From NCBI GenBank assembly GCA_046483495.1, contig JAWODC010000092.1:1-64000 (forward strand): 64,000 nt of DNA, read 5' to 3'. Under the pieces are notes generated by a model. It was not told the origin of the DNA. It did not search any database and worked only from the letters and a program-made list of their open reading frames with translations. The stretch's first letter is position 1. Every line of letters begins with the position of its first letter. A program made the position numbers and the translations under genes. This stretch comes from Desulfobacterales bacterium (lineage in GTDB: Bacteria > Desulfobacterota > Desulfobacteria > Desulfobacterales > UBA5616). Positions 40,357 through 50,835 of this stretch are shown here, in pieces.

Positions 40357-42336
40357 TTAAGCAGCGTCCATTTCCCTTCGATCCGCCATATCGACCAATA
40401 TGCGTTCCCGAGCCTTGTCGATGCCCAGGGCTTTACGTTTCTTGTCAATATGTTCGATCATCATTTTTGCCATTTCATAAGGATCCGGTGTGAACCCCCA
40501 TTTCCCCAATCCCAAGCTTTCCAAACCATCGAACAGCAGTTTGTAAAATTTGGTCTCCCTGACAATGGGAAAGGTAACACCGAATACCGTGTATACACCT
40601 GATGCTACGAAGTACTGGCCGATGGATATGGCCTTTTCGCTCATCCACTCCGGAGCCGCCCCGGCAACGGGCAAATCGGCGATGGATTCTCCCAGCCCGC
40701 CGGTGCGGACCATTTCCGAAGCAGCAATCAGAATACGGCTGTTGTCCACGCACGATCCAAGGCCGAGAACCGGCGGCATTCCGACGGTTTCACAAACTTC
40801 ACGCAGTCCCGGACCGGCCAGGTAAGCCGCCTCAGGTGTGTAAAGTCCGGCTTTGGCCAGAGCGATTTGGGAACAGCCGGTCTGAAGAACGAGCACATCG
40901 TTTTTGATCAGTTCTTTTACCAATTCAACATGCACCCAATCCTGCTTGACCCGTGCATTGGTGCAGCCCACTACACCGGCAACACCCCGGATTCGGCCGT
41001 TCATGATGTTGTCGTTCAATGGTGTGTAGCTGCCCCTGAAGGATCCCCCGAGCATGTAATTGATGTATTCGTGGGAGAACCCATGAACGCCTGAATTCTT
41101 GATTTTGGGGATGTGGATCGGTTTATTTCGTGTCTTGAACCGGTCGATTGCCTGTAGGACGACTTCATCGGTGCAGGCCATCGGATCGTGTTCGTGGAAC
41201 TCGATATGGGCGGCCCCTTCGATGTGGCACCGCGGATTCGTAGTAAACAGCTTCGTGCCGTAGCAGGAGGCAACCGGGGCCAGTCCCTGCTTGATGCACT
41301 GAACATCGACACACATGGCGTCAACGGCGCCGGTCACCAAAATCGCCTCGGTTGACATGAAGTTGCCCGCATGGGGAACACCGTGGCGAACCAGCATTTC
41401 AGCTCCGGAGCAGCACATCCCGACGAGGTTGATGCCGTCGGCGCCGGCGGCTTTTGCTGCCTCGACCAGTGAGCGCTGATTTACTGATACCATCATGGAC
41501 TCGAACAGGTTCGGCTCATGTCCGTGAATGATAATGTTTACGGATTTCTCCTTGAGGACTCCCATATTGACATCCACCTGAACCGGTGTCGGGGTGCCGA
41601 ACAGAATATCGGAGATTTCCGTGGCGACCATGGATCCCCCCCAGCCGTCTGATAATGCGGTCCGGCTGATCTGTTTGGCAAGGTTTTCATAATGCTGATC
41701 CACCCCCATGTGTGTCCGGTGCATGATTTCCATGATTTCTCTCATCGCACCCCGGGGAACGATGCCGTTCTTTCGCCATGTCTCGAGCGTTTTTTCAGGC
41801 ACCCGCTTGGCGAACGGGATTTCTCCATCCACCTGGGTATACGTTCTTTCCAATTCGTTATACAGGTCGATGGCGATTTCCTGGGTCGTCTTTCCCTCGA
41901 TATCGATTCCGATCGAAGAGGCGACCTGCTCCAGCTTCATCGTATCTTTTATAATATAATCAGTAATATGGCCGTTAACCACCTCCCGGAAAAGATCGAG
42001 CATCGCCATGCCGTGGTCGGTGTGCGCGGCTGCCCCGGCGGCAACCATCCTGGCAAAATTTCGTGCCATGATCGTGTCTATGGTCGCACCGCAGACGCCA
42101 ACCTTGCTGTATGGATCCTTGGCATTCAGCCGGCATGGTCCCATGGAGCAATGTTTGCAGCACGCTGAATCGGCCCCGATGGGGCAAGCCCTCATATTGG
42201 CCGCTCGGTCAAACGCAATTTCGACCCCGTCCGCCTTGGCCTTTGTCAGCATTTGGGCGGTGGCGTCACATATCGTGAACTCCTTTGGTTCGGTTTTTTT
42301 ATCGGAAACGGTCTTCTTGATTTTGGTTTCACTCAT
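40357..42336 (-). CDS. cooS: Anaerobic Ni,Fe carbon-monoxide dehydrogenase catalytic subunit
   Basis: D/B-cluster motif CPIG....CCKHCSMGPC and C-cluster ligands HGHEP, CCSG, DVQC, GCTN, TGCS, GSCVDN. Catalytic His (AHTDH) and Lys (SEKA) are present. Confidence 0.97.
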   Translation of the reverse strand: MSETKIKKTVSDKKTEPKEFTICDATAQMLTKAKADGVEIAFDRAANMRACPIGADSACCKHCSMGPCRLNAKDPYSKVGVCGATIDTIMARNFARMVAAGAAAHTDHGMAMLDLFREVVNGHITDYIIKDTMKLEQVASSIGIDIEGKTTQEIAIDLYNELERTYTQVDGEIPFAKRVPEKTLETWRKNGIVPRGAMREIMEIMHRTHMGVDQHYENLAKQISRTALSDGWGGSMVATEISDILFGTPTPVQVDVNMGVLKEKSVNIIIHGHEPNLFESMMVSVNQRSLVEAAKAAGADGINLVGMCCSGAEMLVRHGVPHAGNFMSTEAILVTGAVDAMCVDVQCIKQGLAPVASCYGTKLFTTNPRCHIEGAAHIEFHEHDPMACTDEVVLQAIDRFKTRNKPIHIPKIKNSGVHGFSHEYINYMLGGSFRGSYTPLNDNIMNGRIRGVAGVVGCTNARVKQDWVHVELVKELIKNDVLVLQTGCSQIALAKAGLYTPEAAYLAGPGLREVCETVGMPPVLGLGSCVDNSRILIAASEMVRTGGLGESIADLPVAGAAPEWMSEKAISIGQYFVASGVYTVFGVTFPIVRETKFYKLLFDGLESLGLGKWGFTPDPYEMAKMMIEHIDKKRKALGIDKARERILVDMADRREMDAA

Positions 42337-42445
42337 TTACAGCCTCCCTTTGTGTACATTAGTGGATACCTCCACGTGAAAAAGACCCTTCCGGATTTTT
42401 GATGCAAAAAATACCGCAATCGACCACCTTTGGAACCTGTTTGTA

Positions 42446-42940
42446 TCATTCGACTTTTTTAAAGGCATTGGATTTCGCACCGCAGACCGGGCACGCGTCG
42501 GGGGCGGCGTCTTCACAGGTGTAACCGCAAACCGAGCAAACGTAATAGTCGACGTTTTTTTGGTCTTCCAGGTTGTCCAGCATTTTTTGATATAAATCCG
42601 CATGAATCTTTTCGACATCATTCGCATATACGAAACTTCTTTCAGCTGCTTTATGCCCCTCTTCCTTTGCCGCTGAAATCATGTCCGGATACATGCTTTT
42701 GAATTCATGGGTTTCGCCGTTTACGGCCTCTTGAAGGTTCTCAGCGGTGCTTTTTACCGCCTTCAAGGCTCTTAAATGGGCATGGGCATGGACGGTTTCT
42801 GCTGCCGCAGCGGCCCGAAACAGTTTGGCAGCCTGATGATATCCTTCTTTGTCCGCTTTTTCGGCAAAGGCCAGGTATTTCCTGTTCGCTTGTGATTCAC
42901 CCGCGAAAGCATCCCATAGATTCTGTTCCGTTTTTGACAT
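42446..42940 (-). CDS. rbr: Rubrerythrin
   Basis: AFAGESQANRKY, ETVHA, GETHE and EKIH diiron ligands, with C-terminal CSVCG...CPVCG. Confidence 0.96.
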   Translation of the reverse strand: MSKTEQNLWDAFAGESQANRKYLAFAEKADKEGYHQAAKLFRAAAAAETVHAHAHLRALKAVKSTAENLQEAVNGETHEFKSMYPDMISAAKEEGHKAAERSFVYANDVEKIHADLYQKMLDNLEDQKNVDYYVCSVCGYTCEDAAPDACPVCGAKSNAFKKVE

Positions 42941-43100
42941 GATGTTCCATCTCCTTTCTCTTCGGGTAATAAAGCATTATATTTAATATAATACCGGATA
43001 TGAAATTTTCAAACATCCATACGATTATCAAGAATTGTACCACATATTGAAAATGTATGTTTACCTATTAAAATCGAATAATTAAATATATACAGAATCA

Positions 43101-43114
43101 TTGATCCCGATCAA
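43101..43114. promoter_or_regulatory. FNR-type (Crp/Fnr family) binding site
   Basis: Perfect TTGAT-CCCG-ATCAA about 160 bp upstream of rbr. Confidence 0.6.
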
Positions 43115-43254
43115 ATCATCGTTTTGCTCGAGACATTTTGTCTCATGGTATGAGCTTTCGGCGTTTTTAAAAAAAGATGCTAACCAATTCGCGAGGTTAA
43201 TGCTTTCAGGATTGTCTCATATGAATGTGATACACATTTGTCCGAATCGGGTAA

Positions 43255-43369
43255 TAGCCGTCCAGAAATGAGAAAAGTCGATTCTATTCAGTAAAGCTGA
43301 ATATGTTAAGGATTATAATTTACCGGACAAAGCAGAAATGAAATAAATTATTCATTTCCAATTTCACAC
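43255..43369 (-). repeat. Degenerate, AT-drifted copy of the MITE/REP-like element
   Basis: The reverse complement contains CATTTCTGCTTTGTCCGGTAAATTATAATCCTTAACATATTCA...GAATCGACTTTTCTCATTTCTGGACGG, colinear with the 50836 copy. Confidence 0.65.
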
Positions 43370-43587
43370 CTTACACTTTGATCTGGATGCCAAGGGTGTT
43401 GCCGACAGTGAGACGTTCATCTCGCGGAATCCAGGAGCTGATCCGGTATCCGAGCAACGTTTTCGATCAGGATTGATTCGATTACGGCGTTTCTGCCGTA
43501 AAAATACATGACATAGCTGAATGCTCCGGAGATCTCGATTCTGTAAAATGCAATCAACCGAATTGGATCATTAAAGGAGGTCTCCGG

Positions 43588-44328
43588 ATGAAATATGTCA
43601 TCGTCGTATGTATGCTCATCACATTTCCTGTTGCAGGAACAGCGGGGGAATTCGTGGCCTACACGGTCAATGATCAGGATTTGGAAGGTTATATGACCGG
43701 CATGCCCGCTGAAGCGCCGCTGATTCTGCTGATTCACGATTGGGACGGCCTTACCGATTACGAGGTAAAGCGGGCGGACATGCTGGGCGAACGGGGGTAT
43801 GCGGTATTCGCCGCAGATCTTTTCGGAGTCGGGGTGCGTCCAACAGCCGCGGAGGACAAGCGCCGGATAACATCCGAACTGATGGCGGATCGAGAAACGA
43901 TGCTCTTGCTGATGTACGGGGCGCTTGAAGCCGCGCAGTCAAAAGGGGCTCGTATCGACAATGCCGTAGCTATGGGGTATTGTTTCGGCGGCACCGCAGT
44001 CCTCGAACTGGCCGGATCCGGTGCGGACTTGAAAGGATTTGTCACGTTCCACGGCGGTTTAGAGACGCCGGAGGGGCGGGACTATACCCGAACCAAGGGG
44101 AAAGTGCTTGTTTTTCATGGGACGGCCGACCGGAGCGTCTCGATGGAACAGTTCGCCGAACTGGCCGATGCGTTCGAAGAGAAGAATGTCGATCATGAAA
44201 TGATCACTTATGGCGGAGCGCCGCATGCCTTCACGGTGTTCGGCACCGATCGTTACCGCGAGCATGCGGACAAGAAGTCCTGGAGACGGTTTTTGGTTTT
44301 TCTGAAGGAAACCCTCGGGACAGAGTAG
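43588..44328 (+). CDS. Dienelactone hydrolase family protein, exported
   Basis: Signal peptide, HDWDG, GYCFGG nucleophile, FHG and H.FT motifs. Confidence 0.93.
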   Translation: MKYVIVVCMLITFPVAGTAGEFVAYTVNDQDLEGYMTGMPAEAPLILLIHDWDGLTDYEVKRADMLGERGYAVFAADLFGVGVRPTAAEDKRRITSELMADRETMLLLMYGALEAAQSKGARIDNAVAMGYCFGGTAVLELAGSGADLKGFVTFHGGLETPEGRDYTRTKGKVLVFHGTADRSVSMEQFAELADAFEEKNVDHEMITYGGAPHAFTVFGTDRYREHADKKSWRRFLVFLKETLGTE

Positions 44329-44464
44329 GTGATCTCACGGCATACCCGAAAAGCCGCCATGCCCCCCCACGGCCCCGATGAGTTGACGGCTCGTTTGAAA
44401 ACAGATAAAGAAAAACCATTCAAGCCGTGGAGAAGCTGATTACCTTATCGATTTGGAACCAAAC

Positions 44465-45790
44465 ATGAAACATTCGGTTCGATATGCGGCCGACGTAATC
44501 ATCGTGGGGTCCGGGCCCGGTGGGGCGACTACGGCCAAGTACCTTGCAAAATCCGGGAAAAATGTCCTGGTCCTTGAGCGGGGGAAAGACCATCGCAATG
44601 CATTTTATTATGGCACTTACCTCGGCGCTCTGCTGTATTCGGAAAAGAGAAGTTTTCTGTTCACCGAAGAGGGATTGAATATCGTTGCGCCCGTCATGCT
44701 GGGAGGTGCCACGAGCATGTTTGCCGGATGCGCCTCGGTGCCGCCTCCGTGGCTCAAGGAAAAATACGGGCTTGACATCGATGCGGAGGTGAGCGAAACG
44801 ATCGGGCAACTGGGCATCGAACCCTTGCCGGAGCACCTGCGGGGGGAGGCGTCCACTCGAATCGCCCTGGCCGCGGGTGCCCTTGGATATGACTGGTATG
44901 CCCAGCCGAAATTCATGTTTCCTGAAAGAGCCCGGGGCAAACACGGGTTCGACTGCGGGGCATCCTGCATGCTGGGATGTGCCTGCGGCGCAAAATGGAA
45001 TGCGGCGGAATGGATCGATGACGCCGTTCGTGCCGGGGCTGAGGTTCGGACGGGAGCCCGTGTTAAACAAGTGCTTGCAAACGGCGGGGAAGTTGTCGGA
45101 GTGACAGGGAGAATCGGCCGTCGGGAGTTTATTGCCGAAGCCGGGACGGTTGTGGTGTGTGCAGGGGGGCTTGGAACTCCAAGGATCCTTCAGGCCTCAG
45201 GATTCGCCCATGCCGGTGAAGGCATGACTATGGATACAACGGTGATGGTGTACGGTTTTACCAAGCGCAGGGGAACCGGAATGGAACCGCCCATGACCTG
45301 GTCCTGGGAAAACGACGAGGCGGGGTTCATGCTGTCCACGCTCATCGATCCCTGGCTTCTCTATCCCATGATGGCGGTGCGGAAAGGGCCGGGGCCTGCG
45401 TTAAGATGGGTTAAATGGAACAAGATGCTGGGACTCATGATCAAGCTCAAGGATGATATCGCCGGGGGTGTTTACCCGGACGGCCGGATCAGCAAACCGC
45501 TTACCCGGTCGGACCGGGAGCGTCTGATGCTTGCCGAAGACGTGTGCCGCAGCATTTTGATCGAAGCCGGGGCTGAAAAGAAAACCATTTTCACGACCCC
45601 GCAGCGGGGAACCCATCCCAGCGGCACGGTTCGGGTCGGCCATCTGGTGGACGCCGACCTTCAAACCCACATCCGCGGGCTTTACGTCTGTGATGCCTCC
45701 GTTTTTCCCGAAAGCCTGGATCGGCCCACTGTTCTAACCATCATCGGATTGGGCAAACGGCTGGCCCGGCATTTGACGGCTGCGGCATGA
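44465..45790 (+). CDS. GMC-family FAD oxidoreductase
   Basis: GSGPGG, LERG, LGG, CGASCMLGC, CAGGLGTP.IL, HPSGT and LYVCDASVFP motifs. Confidence 0.88.
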   Translation: MKHSVRYAADVIIVGSGPGGATTAKYLAKSGKNVLVLERGKDHRNAFYYGTYLGALLYSEKRSFLFTEEGLNIVAPVMLGGATSMFAGCASVPPPWLKEKYGLDIDAEVSETIGQLGIEPLPEHLRGEASTRIALAAGALGYDWYAQPKFMFPERARGKHGFDCGASCMLGCACGAKWNAAEWIDDAVRAGAEVRTGARVKQVLANGGEVVGVTGRIGRREFIAEAGTVVVCAGGLGTPRILQASGFAHAGEGMTMDTTVMVYGFTKRRGTGMEPPMTWSWENDEAGFMLSTLIDPWLLYPMMAVRKGPGPALRWVKWNKMLGLMIKLKDDIAGGVYPDGRISKPLTRSDRERLMLAEDVCRSILIEAGAEKKTIFTTPQRGTHPSGTVRVGHLVDADLQTHIRGLYVCDASVFPESLDRPTVLTIIGLGKRLARHLTAAA

Positions 45791-45797
45791 AAACGGC

Positions 45798-46550
45798 TTA
45801 TCGCTCTACGGAGATATTCACCTTCTGTATGTATTTGCCGAAGCTGCGCATGCCTCCCCCTTCACTGACGACCTGCAGCACCGTTTCCGGATGGGTGGCT
45901 TTCACACCGGAAAGAAGCGTAACCGGTGTATCGGTAAAGGCGTCTGGAATCATTGGGGTGGACGCCCCCAACATGACGACTTCCCGGCAGCCGGCGGCGG
46001 CTTCGAGAACGGCATCGACGGTGTTGTTGATGATAGCCGTGGAGGTGATAACGGCCACCTGGCATTCGGGAATCAATTCTGGGATATCGGTGTAGGGCAA
46101 AAGGCCACCCTTGGCGAAATCGATGCGCTCGAACACCTTCACCGAAGCGCATCGTTTTTTCAGCCGCGGCAAAATCGGGGCGAAATTTCCCACGACGCCG
46201 ACGCAATCGTGCGGGTAAAGCGTAAGCTCTTTCAACATGTCGCCGGTTGAAAACGGCTTGTTTTCCAGAGGGGCCAATGCATTGACCGTCGCCATCGCTA
46301 CGGCGGTTTCGATGTCATCGGCGGAATCCAGGCCGGACAGCAGTTCAGAGGCCTGCCGTCCGGCAAGAGGCCGCAGCCAGTTAAATACATTGCAGCTTCG
46401 CTTTACGGGGCTTATGAACGTGTAGGCCACCCCCACGGTTCCGACATCCAGGCCGACGGCCGTGTAGCCTAAGCCGATTCGAACATCCGTAACCCGATGC
46501 TTCCGTGCAGCCGGCAAGATGCGGTCTTTTATTTTTTCTTTGAGGCGCAC
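45798..46550 (-). CDS. DUF364/DUF4213 Rossmann-like protein (putative heavy-metal chelation)
   Basis: IGLGYTAV, ATVNAL, VVGNF.P, ITSTAIINNT and GASTP motifs. Confidence 0.85.
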   Translation of the reverse strand: MRLKEKIKDRILPAARKHRVTDVRIGLGYTAVGLDVGTVGVAYTFISPVKRSCNVFNWLRPLAGRQASELLSGLDSADDIETAVAMATVNALAPLENKPFSTGDMLKELTLYPHDCVGVVGNFAPILPRLKKRCASVKVFERIDFAKGGLLPYTDIPELIPECQVAVITSTAIINNTVDAVLEAAAGCREVVMLGASTPMIPDAFTDTPVTLLSGVKATHPETVLQVVSEGGGMRSFGKYIQKVNISVER

Positions 46551-46619
46551 GTTTCTATTTTCAACAGGTTATGCGTTTACCATTGGGCAGACCGGCGTCT
46601 AAGAAAAACCGGCGTCCGG

Positions 46620-47708
46620 TCAACCGTTTTCCTTTTCGAACGATTCCATGAAATCGCATAGATTTTCAACAGCTTTGACGGAAACGGCATTGTAAATAGA
46701 TGCCCGGCATCCGCCTACGGACCGGTGCCCTTTCAGGCCGCCCAAGCCGTTTTCCAAGGCCTGTTGAACGAACTTCTTTTCCAGTTCTTCGGAAGGCAGG
46801 CGGAACGTGACGTTCATGAGGGATCGGCTGTCCTTTTCCGCTGTGCCGCGGTAAAAGCCGCTCTTATCGATCAACCCGTAGAGCAGGGAAGCCTTTTCCC
46901 GGTTGATTCGGTCCATGCTTTCGAGGCCGCCGATGGTTTCCTCGAGCCATTTTAAAACCCGTTGGATGACGTACACGGAGAAGCACGGGGGTGTGTTGAA
47001 CATGGAATTCTTCTCGGCAAACGTTTTGTAGCTCAGTATGGTGGGAATATGCTCCGGAACCCGGTCAAGCATATCCTGCCGAATAATCACCATGCAGCAG
47101 CCGGCAGGCCCGATATTTTTCTGGGCGCCCGCATAAATCAGGCCGAAACCGGAAGCGTCGAACGGCCGGGACATGATATCCGAGGACATATCGGCCATCA
47201 GTGGAATGCCGCCGGTTTCCGGAAACCGACCCCATTGGGTGCCCTTTATCGTGTTATTGGATGTGATGTGCACAAAAGCCGCATCCCTGCTGAAGGCTAT
47301 ATCCCTTGGGATGTAGGCGAAATTCTTGTCTTCGGAACTGGCGGCCACCCGAATTGGTCTCTCCTGAAGTCGTGCTTCTTTTATCGCTTTTGTGGACCAG
47401 GTGCCGGTGTTGACGTAATCGGCCGTTTGTCCCTCGGCCAGAAAGTTCATGGGAATCATGCAAAACTGCATGCTGGCGCCTCCTTGGAGAAACAGAACGT
47501 GAAACCGGTCATCGAGTTTCAGAAGTCGCCGGGTCCGCGCAATCGCATCGTTGATGACATCGTCAAACATCTTTGAACGGTGGCTGATTTCGGTTATGGA
47601 CATGCCGGAACCCGCGAAATTCAAAAAAGATGCCTGTACTTCCTTTAAGACATCGATCGGCAGAGCTGCCGGACCGGCATTGAAGTTGTGAATTCTGCTG
47701 TCTTTCAT
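46620..47708 (-). CDS. serC: Phosphoserine aminotransferase
   Basis: NFNAGPA, SHRS, QGGA, DMSS, AGAQKNIGP, NTPP and GHRSVGG.RAS motifs. Confidence 0.97.
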   Translation of the reverse strand: MKDSRIHNFNAGPAALPIDVLKEVQASFLNFAGSGMSITEISHRSKMFDDVINDAIARTRRLLKLDDRFHVLFLQGGASMQFCMIPMNFLAEGQTADYVNTGTWSTKAIKEARLQERPIRVAASSEDKNFAYIPRDIAFSRDAAFVHITSNNTIKGTQWGRFPETGGIPLMADMSSDIMSRPFDASGFGLIYAGAQKNIGPAGCCMVIIRQDMLDRVPEHIPTILSYKTFAEKNSMFNTPPCFSVYVIQRVLKWLEETIGGLESMDRINREKASLLYGLIDKSGFYRGTAEKDSRSLMNVTFRLPSEELEKKFVQQALENGLGGLKGHRSVGGCRASIYNAVSVKAVENLCDFMESFEKENG

Positions 47709-47881
47709 GGTTCGTCTCCTTGTTTTAGTCCGCTGGATGCATTGTGATACAGGTGACGAGTCATTATTTGTTCGATTCAATCCCGGTTGTCAAATGTATT
47801 TTCATATTTTTTGCCGCACCGTTGACAAGTTCATCCGAATTGCCGTATGTTCGCATCATCAAAAAAACAGGAAAATATCAC

Positions 47882-49189
47882 ATGAAAACGTATAGCTATC
47901 CTTCTCCTTCGGCCGAAAAGCGTATTGCCGGTATTGTTAACCGGGGATTTGGATTCAAGAAGAAAGACTTGCGGTATGTGGAAGGCATTCTCGAGGATGT
48001 GCGTAAAAACGGGGATGATGCCGTCCTCACCTATGTTCGGCGGTTCGACTCTCCCAAGCTGACACCGGAAACCATAAAGGTGTCGGATGCGGAATTTGCC
48101 TCAGCGCAGAAGCAGGTGGACCGTTCGTTCATGCGTGCACTGAACCGGGCTGCATCTCAGATCGAATCATTTCATCACCATCAGCTTCAAAAATCGTGGA
48201 TCGACACCCGGCGCCCTGGAACCCTGCTGGGGCAGGTGGTCCATCCTGTCGATTCGGCGGGTATTTACGTTCCCGGCGCCAAAGGAGGGAAAACGCCGCT
48301 GGTGTCATCCGTTTTGATGGGGGGTATACCGGCAAAAATTGCCGGCGTCAAACGCATCGTACTGGCAACCCCGCCCCGGGAGGACGGTTCCGTGAATCCC
48401 TATCTGCTGGCGGCCGCCCGAAAAGTGGGGGTCGAATCGATTTATAAGATCGGGAGCGCCTGGGCCGTCGGGGCAATGGCATACGGCACCCAAACCGTCC
48501 CCCGGGTGGATGTCATTGTCGGGCCGGGCAACATCTATGTTACACTGGCCAAGAAAATCGTTTCTCACGTGGTGGGAATCGATATGGTTGCCGGGCCCAG
48601 TGAAATTTTAATCCTTGCGGACGAATCGGCCCGGCCCGAATTTGCAGCGGCGGACCTGCTGTCCCAGGCGGAGCATGATGTAATGGCATCGGCTATGCTG
48701 GTAACGGACTCTCAGCAAGTCGCCGAGAATGTGGTCACGGCGACTGTTGAGCGGATGCGAAATTTGTCGAGAAAGGCTGTAGCGGAAGCGTCTTTTGCAA
48801 AATTCGGAGCCGTTTTCACTGTCCCCCACATGGACGTCGCGATCGATCTGGCGAATCGCATCGCACCGGAGCACCTGGAACTCCACGTGCGGAATCCATT
48901 CGAAATTGTCGGCCGGATTCGAAATGCCGGCGCCGTTTTTTTAGGGGAGTACACACCCGAGCCTGTGGGGGATTACATGGCCGGCCCAAACCACGTGCTG
49001 CCCACGTCCGGCACCGCGCGTTTTGCTTCAGCACTTTCGGTAGACAATTTCATCAAGAAGACCAGCATCCTTCATTATTCCAGAGAGGCGTTCTTCAAAG
49101 AATCCGAGGATATTCGCAGACTTGCCGAAATCGAGGGGTTGGACGCTCACGCCGAGTCGGTGAACATCCGGCTGCGGAAAGGTTCATGA
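47882..49189 (+). CDS. hisD: Histidinol dehydrogenase
   Basis: YVPG, GPGN.YV, DMVAGPSE, DLLSQAEHD, APEHL and GDYMAGPNHVLPT motifs. Confidence 0.96.
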   Translation: MKTYSYPSPSAEKRIAGIVNRGFGFKKKDLRYVEGILEDVRKNGDDAVLTYVRRFDSPKLTPETIKVSDAEFASAQKQVDRSFMRALNRAASQIESFHHHQLQKSWIDTRRPGTLLGQVVHPVDSAGIYVPGAKGGKTPLVSSVLMGGIPAKIAGVKRIVLATPPREDGSVNPYLLAAARKVGVESIYKIGSAWAVGAMAYGTQTVPRVDVIVGPGNIYVTLAKKIVSHVVGIDMVAGPSEILILADESARPEFAAADLLSQAEHDVMASAMLVTDSQQVAENVVTATVERMRNLSRKAVAEASFAKFGAVFTVPHMDVAIDLANRIAPEHLELHVRNPFEIVGRIRNAGAVFLGEYTPEPVGDYMAGPNHVLPTSGTARFASALSVDNFIKKTSILHYSREAFFKESEDIRRLAEIEGLDAHAESVNIRLRKGS

Positions 49190-49211
49190 TGCGGGTCATC
49201 CGGCTCCGGTT

Positions 49212-50681
49212 TCAGAGGTTTCCCAGCAGGTCGCAGAGCATCCGTACACCGAATCCGGTGCCGCCTGCATTGCAGTAGTCTGTCGCCTTTTTGGCGTATG
49301 CCGGCCCGGCGATGTCGATGTGGGCCCATCGGGCATCGCCGACGAATTCAGACAGGAAAAGCGCTGCTGCTATAGCGCCGCCGAATCGGGAACTGCTCAT
49401 GTTGTGGATGTCTGCAAATTCGCTCTTCAGCAGCTCTTTGTAGTCTTTGGGCATCGGCATCCGCCAGCAGCGTTCGTGGGTATTATCTCCGGATGTGATG
49501 ATTCGTCCGGCCAGTTCGTCGTCAAACGAAAAAACGCCGGCAATTTTTTCCCCCAGTGCTACGGCACAGGCGCCGGTCAGGGTGGCGACATCGATGAGGG
49601 CATCGGGATGATAGGTTTTAACGGCCCAGGCCAGCGCATCGATCAGTATCAAGCGCCCCTCGGCATCCGTATTGCCGATTTCTACGGTTTTCCCCTCGTA
49701 CGTTCTGATAATGTCGCCCGGTCGCGAAGCTCCGCCGGAGGGCATGTTCTCCACCAGAGGAATAACTCCCACCACATTTATGGCGGGTTCGAGTCCCGCC
49801 GCCGCAATCAAGGTGGCGGCAACGGTTGCGGCACCGGCCATATCGCTTTTCATATCTTCAATGGACCCCGACGGCTTTAAATTAAGGCCGCCGGAATCGA
49901 AAGTCACCCCTTTGCCGACCAGGGCCAGCGTCTTATCGGCCTTCGGCGCCCGATATTCCAGAATGATCATTCGCGGCTTGCTGGTGCTGCCCGCGGCAAC
50001 GGCCAAAATGGCGCCGAATCCCTCTTTTTTGAGAATTTTGTCATCCATAACCGTCGATTTCAGCCCCGCTTTTCGGGCCTTGTTCAGAATATCCCGGGCA
50101 AACGCTTCGGGCCGCTTGTCGTTGGCCGGTGTGCTCACCCATTCCCGGGCCGTCAGGGTCTGACTGCATATGGTGGCGGTCCGGTAGGCTGCGGGGTTGT
50201 ATTTCCGCGGTGAGGCCGAACCGATAAAAACGTGTATTTTTTTTAAGGGGAAGAGTTTCTTTTCTCTTTTATACGCATCGAACAGGTGATTTCCCAGGCA
50301 GGCACCCTCCATTGCAGCCGTGAGCATCCGATCGAACGGTATGGGCGCCTTTTCGGGGGGAGGCAGCACGAGTAGTGCTTCCTTGAGACGGTTTCGAATG
50401 CATTTTTTAACGGCTTTTCCGGCCATGTCGCGGAAGGATTCAGGGTTTAGGTCTTCCTGCTTTCCGATTCCGAAAAGCAACACCCGCCGGGCGGGTCCGA
50501 TCCCGGGTTCGTACAAAATAAACTCATCTTCGGGTTTTCCCGCAAATTCATCGAAGGGCCCCATCTTTTCGATGAACGATAGAACAGATGCATTTTCATG
50601 AATCCGTGCATCTTCGCAGACCGGAACGATCCAGTTTTCGACGGTGCTTTTCTCCAAATTCCGTGATGTCAACTGCAGCAT
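49212..50681 (-). CDS. pepA: Leucyl aminopeptidase (M17)
   Basis: GKGVTFDSGG, MKSDMAG, NTDAEGRL, ATLTGA and HIDIAG motifs. Confidence 0.96.
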   Translation of the reverse strand: MLQLTSRNLEKSTVENWIVPVCEDARIHENASVLSFIEKMGPFDEFAGKPEDEFILYEPGIGPARRVLLFGIGKQEDLNPESFRDMAGKAVKKCIRNRLKEALLVLPPPEKAPIPFDRMLTAAMEGACLGNHLFDAYKREKKLFPLKKIHVFIGSASPRKYNPAAYRTATICSQTLTAREWVSTPANDKRPEAFARDILNKARKAGLKSTVMDDKILKKEGFGAILAVAAGSTSKPRMIILEYRAPKADKTLALVGKGVTFDSGGLNLKPSGSIEDMKSDMAGAATVAATLIAAAGLEPAINVVGVIPLVENMPSGGASRPGDIIRTYEGKTVEIGNTDAEGRLILIDALAWAVKTYHPDALIDVATLTGACAVALGEKIAGVFSFDDELAGRIITSGDNTHERCWRMPMPKDYKELLKSEFADIHNMSSSRFGGAIAAALFLSEFVGDARWAHIDIAGPAYAKKATDYCNAGGTGFGVRMLCDLLGNL

Positions 50682-50835
50682 GGGAACCCCCTCTCGGCAA
50701 AAATGTCACCATCATTCCATTCTATCGGTTTCCAACGTTTAGTCAATTGGATTATGCAAAACATTCGAATCCGATGCGCGGCGACGGAACCCGAAAAATA
50801 AAAAAAGTTGATAACTGCTATTGGTTATGCTTAGA

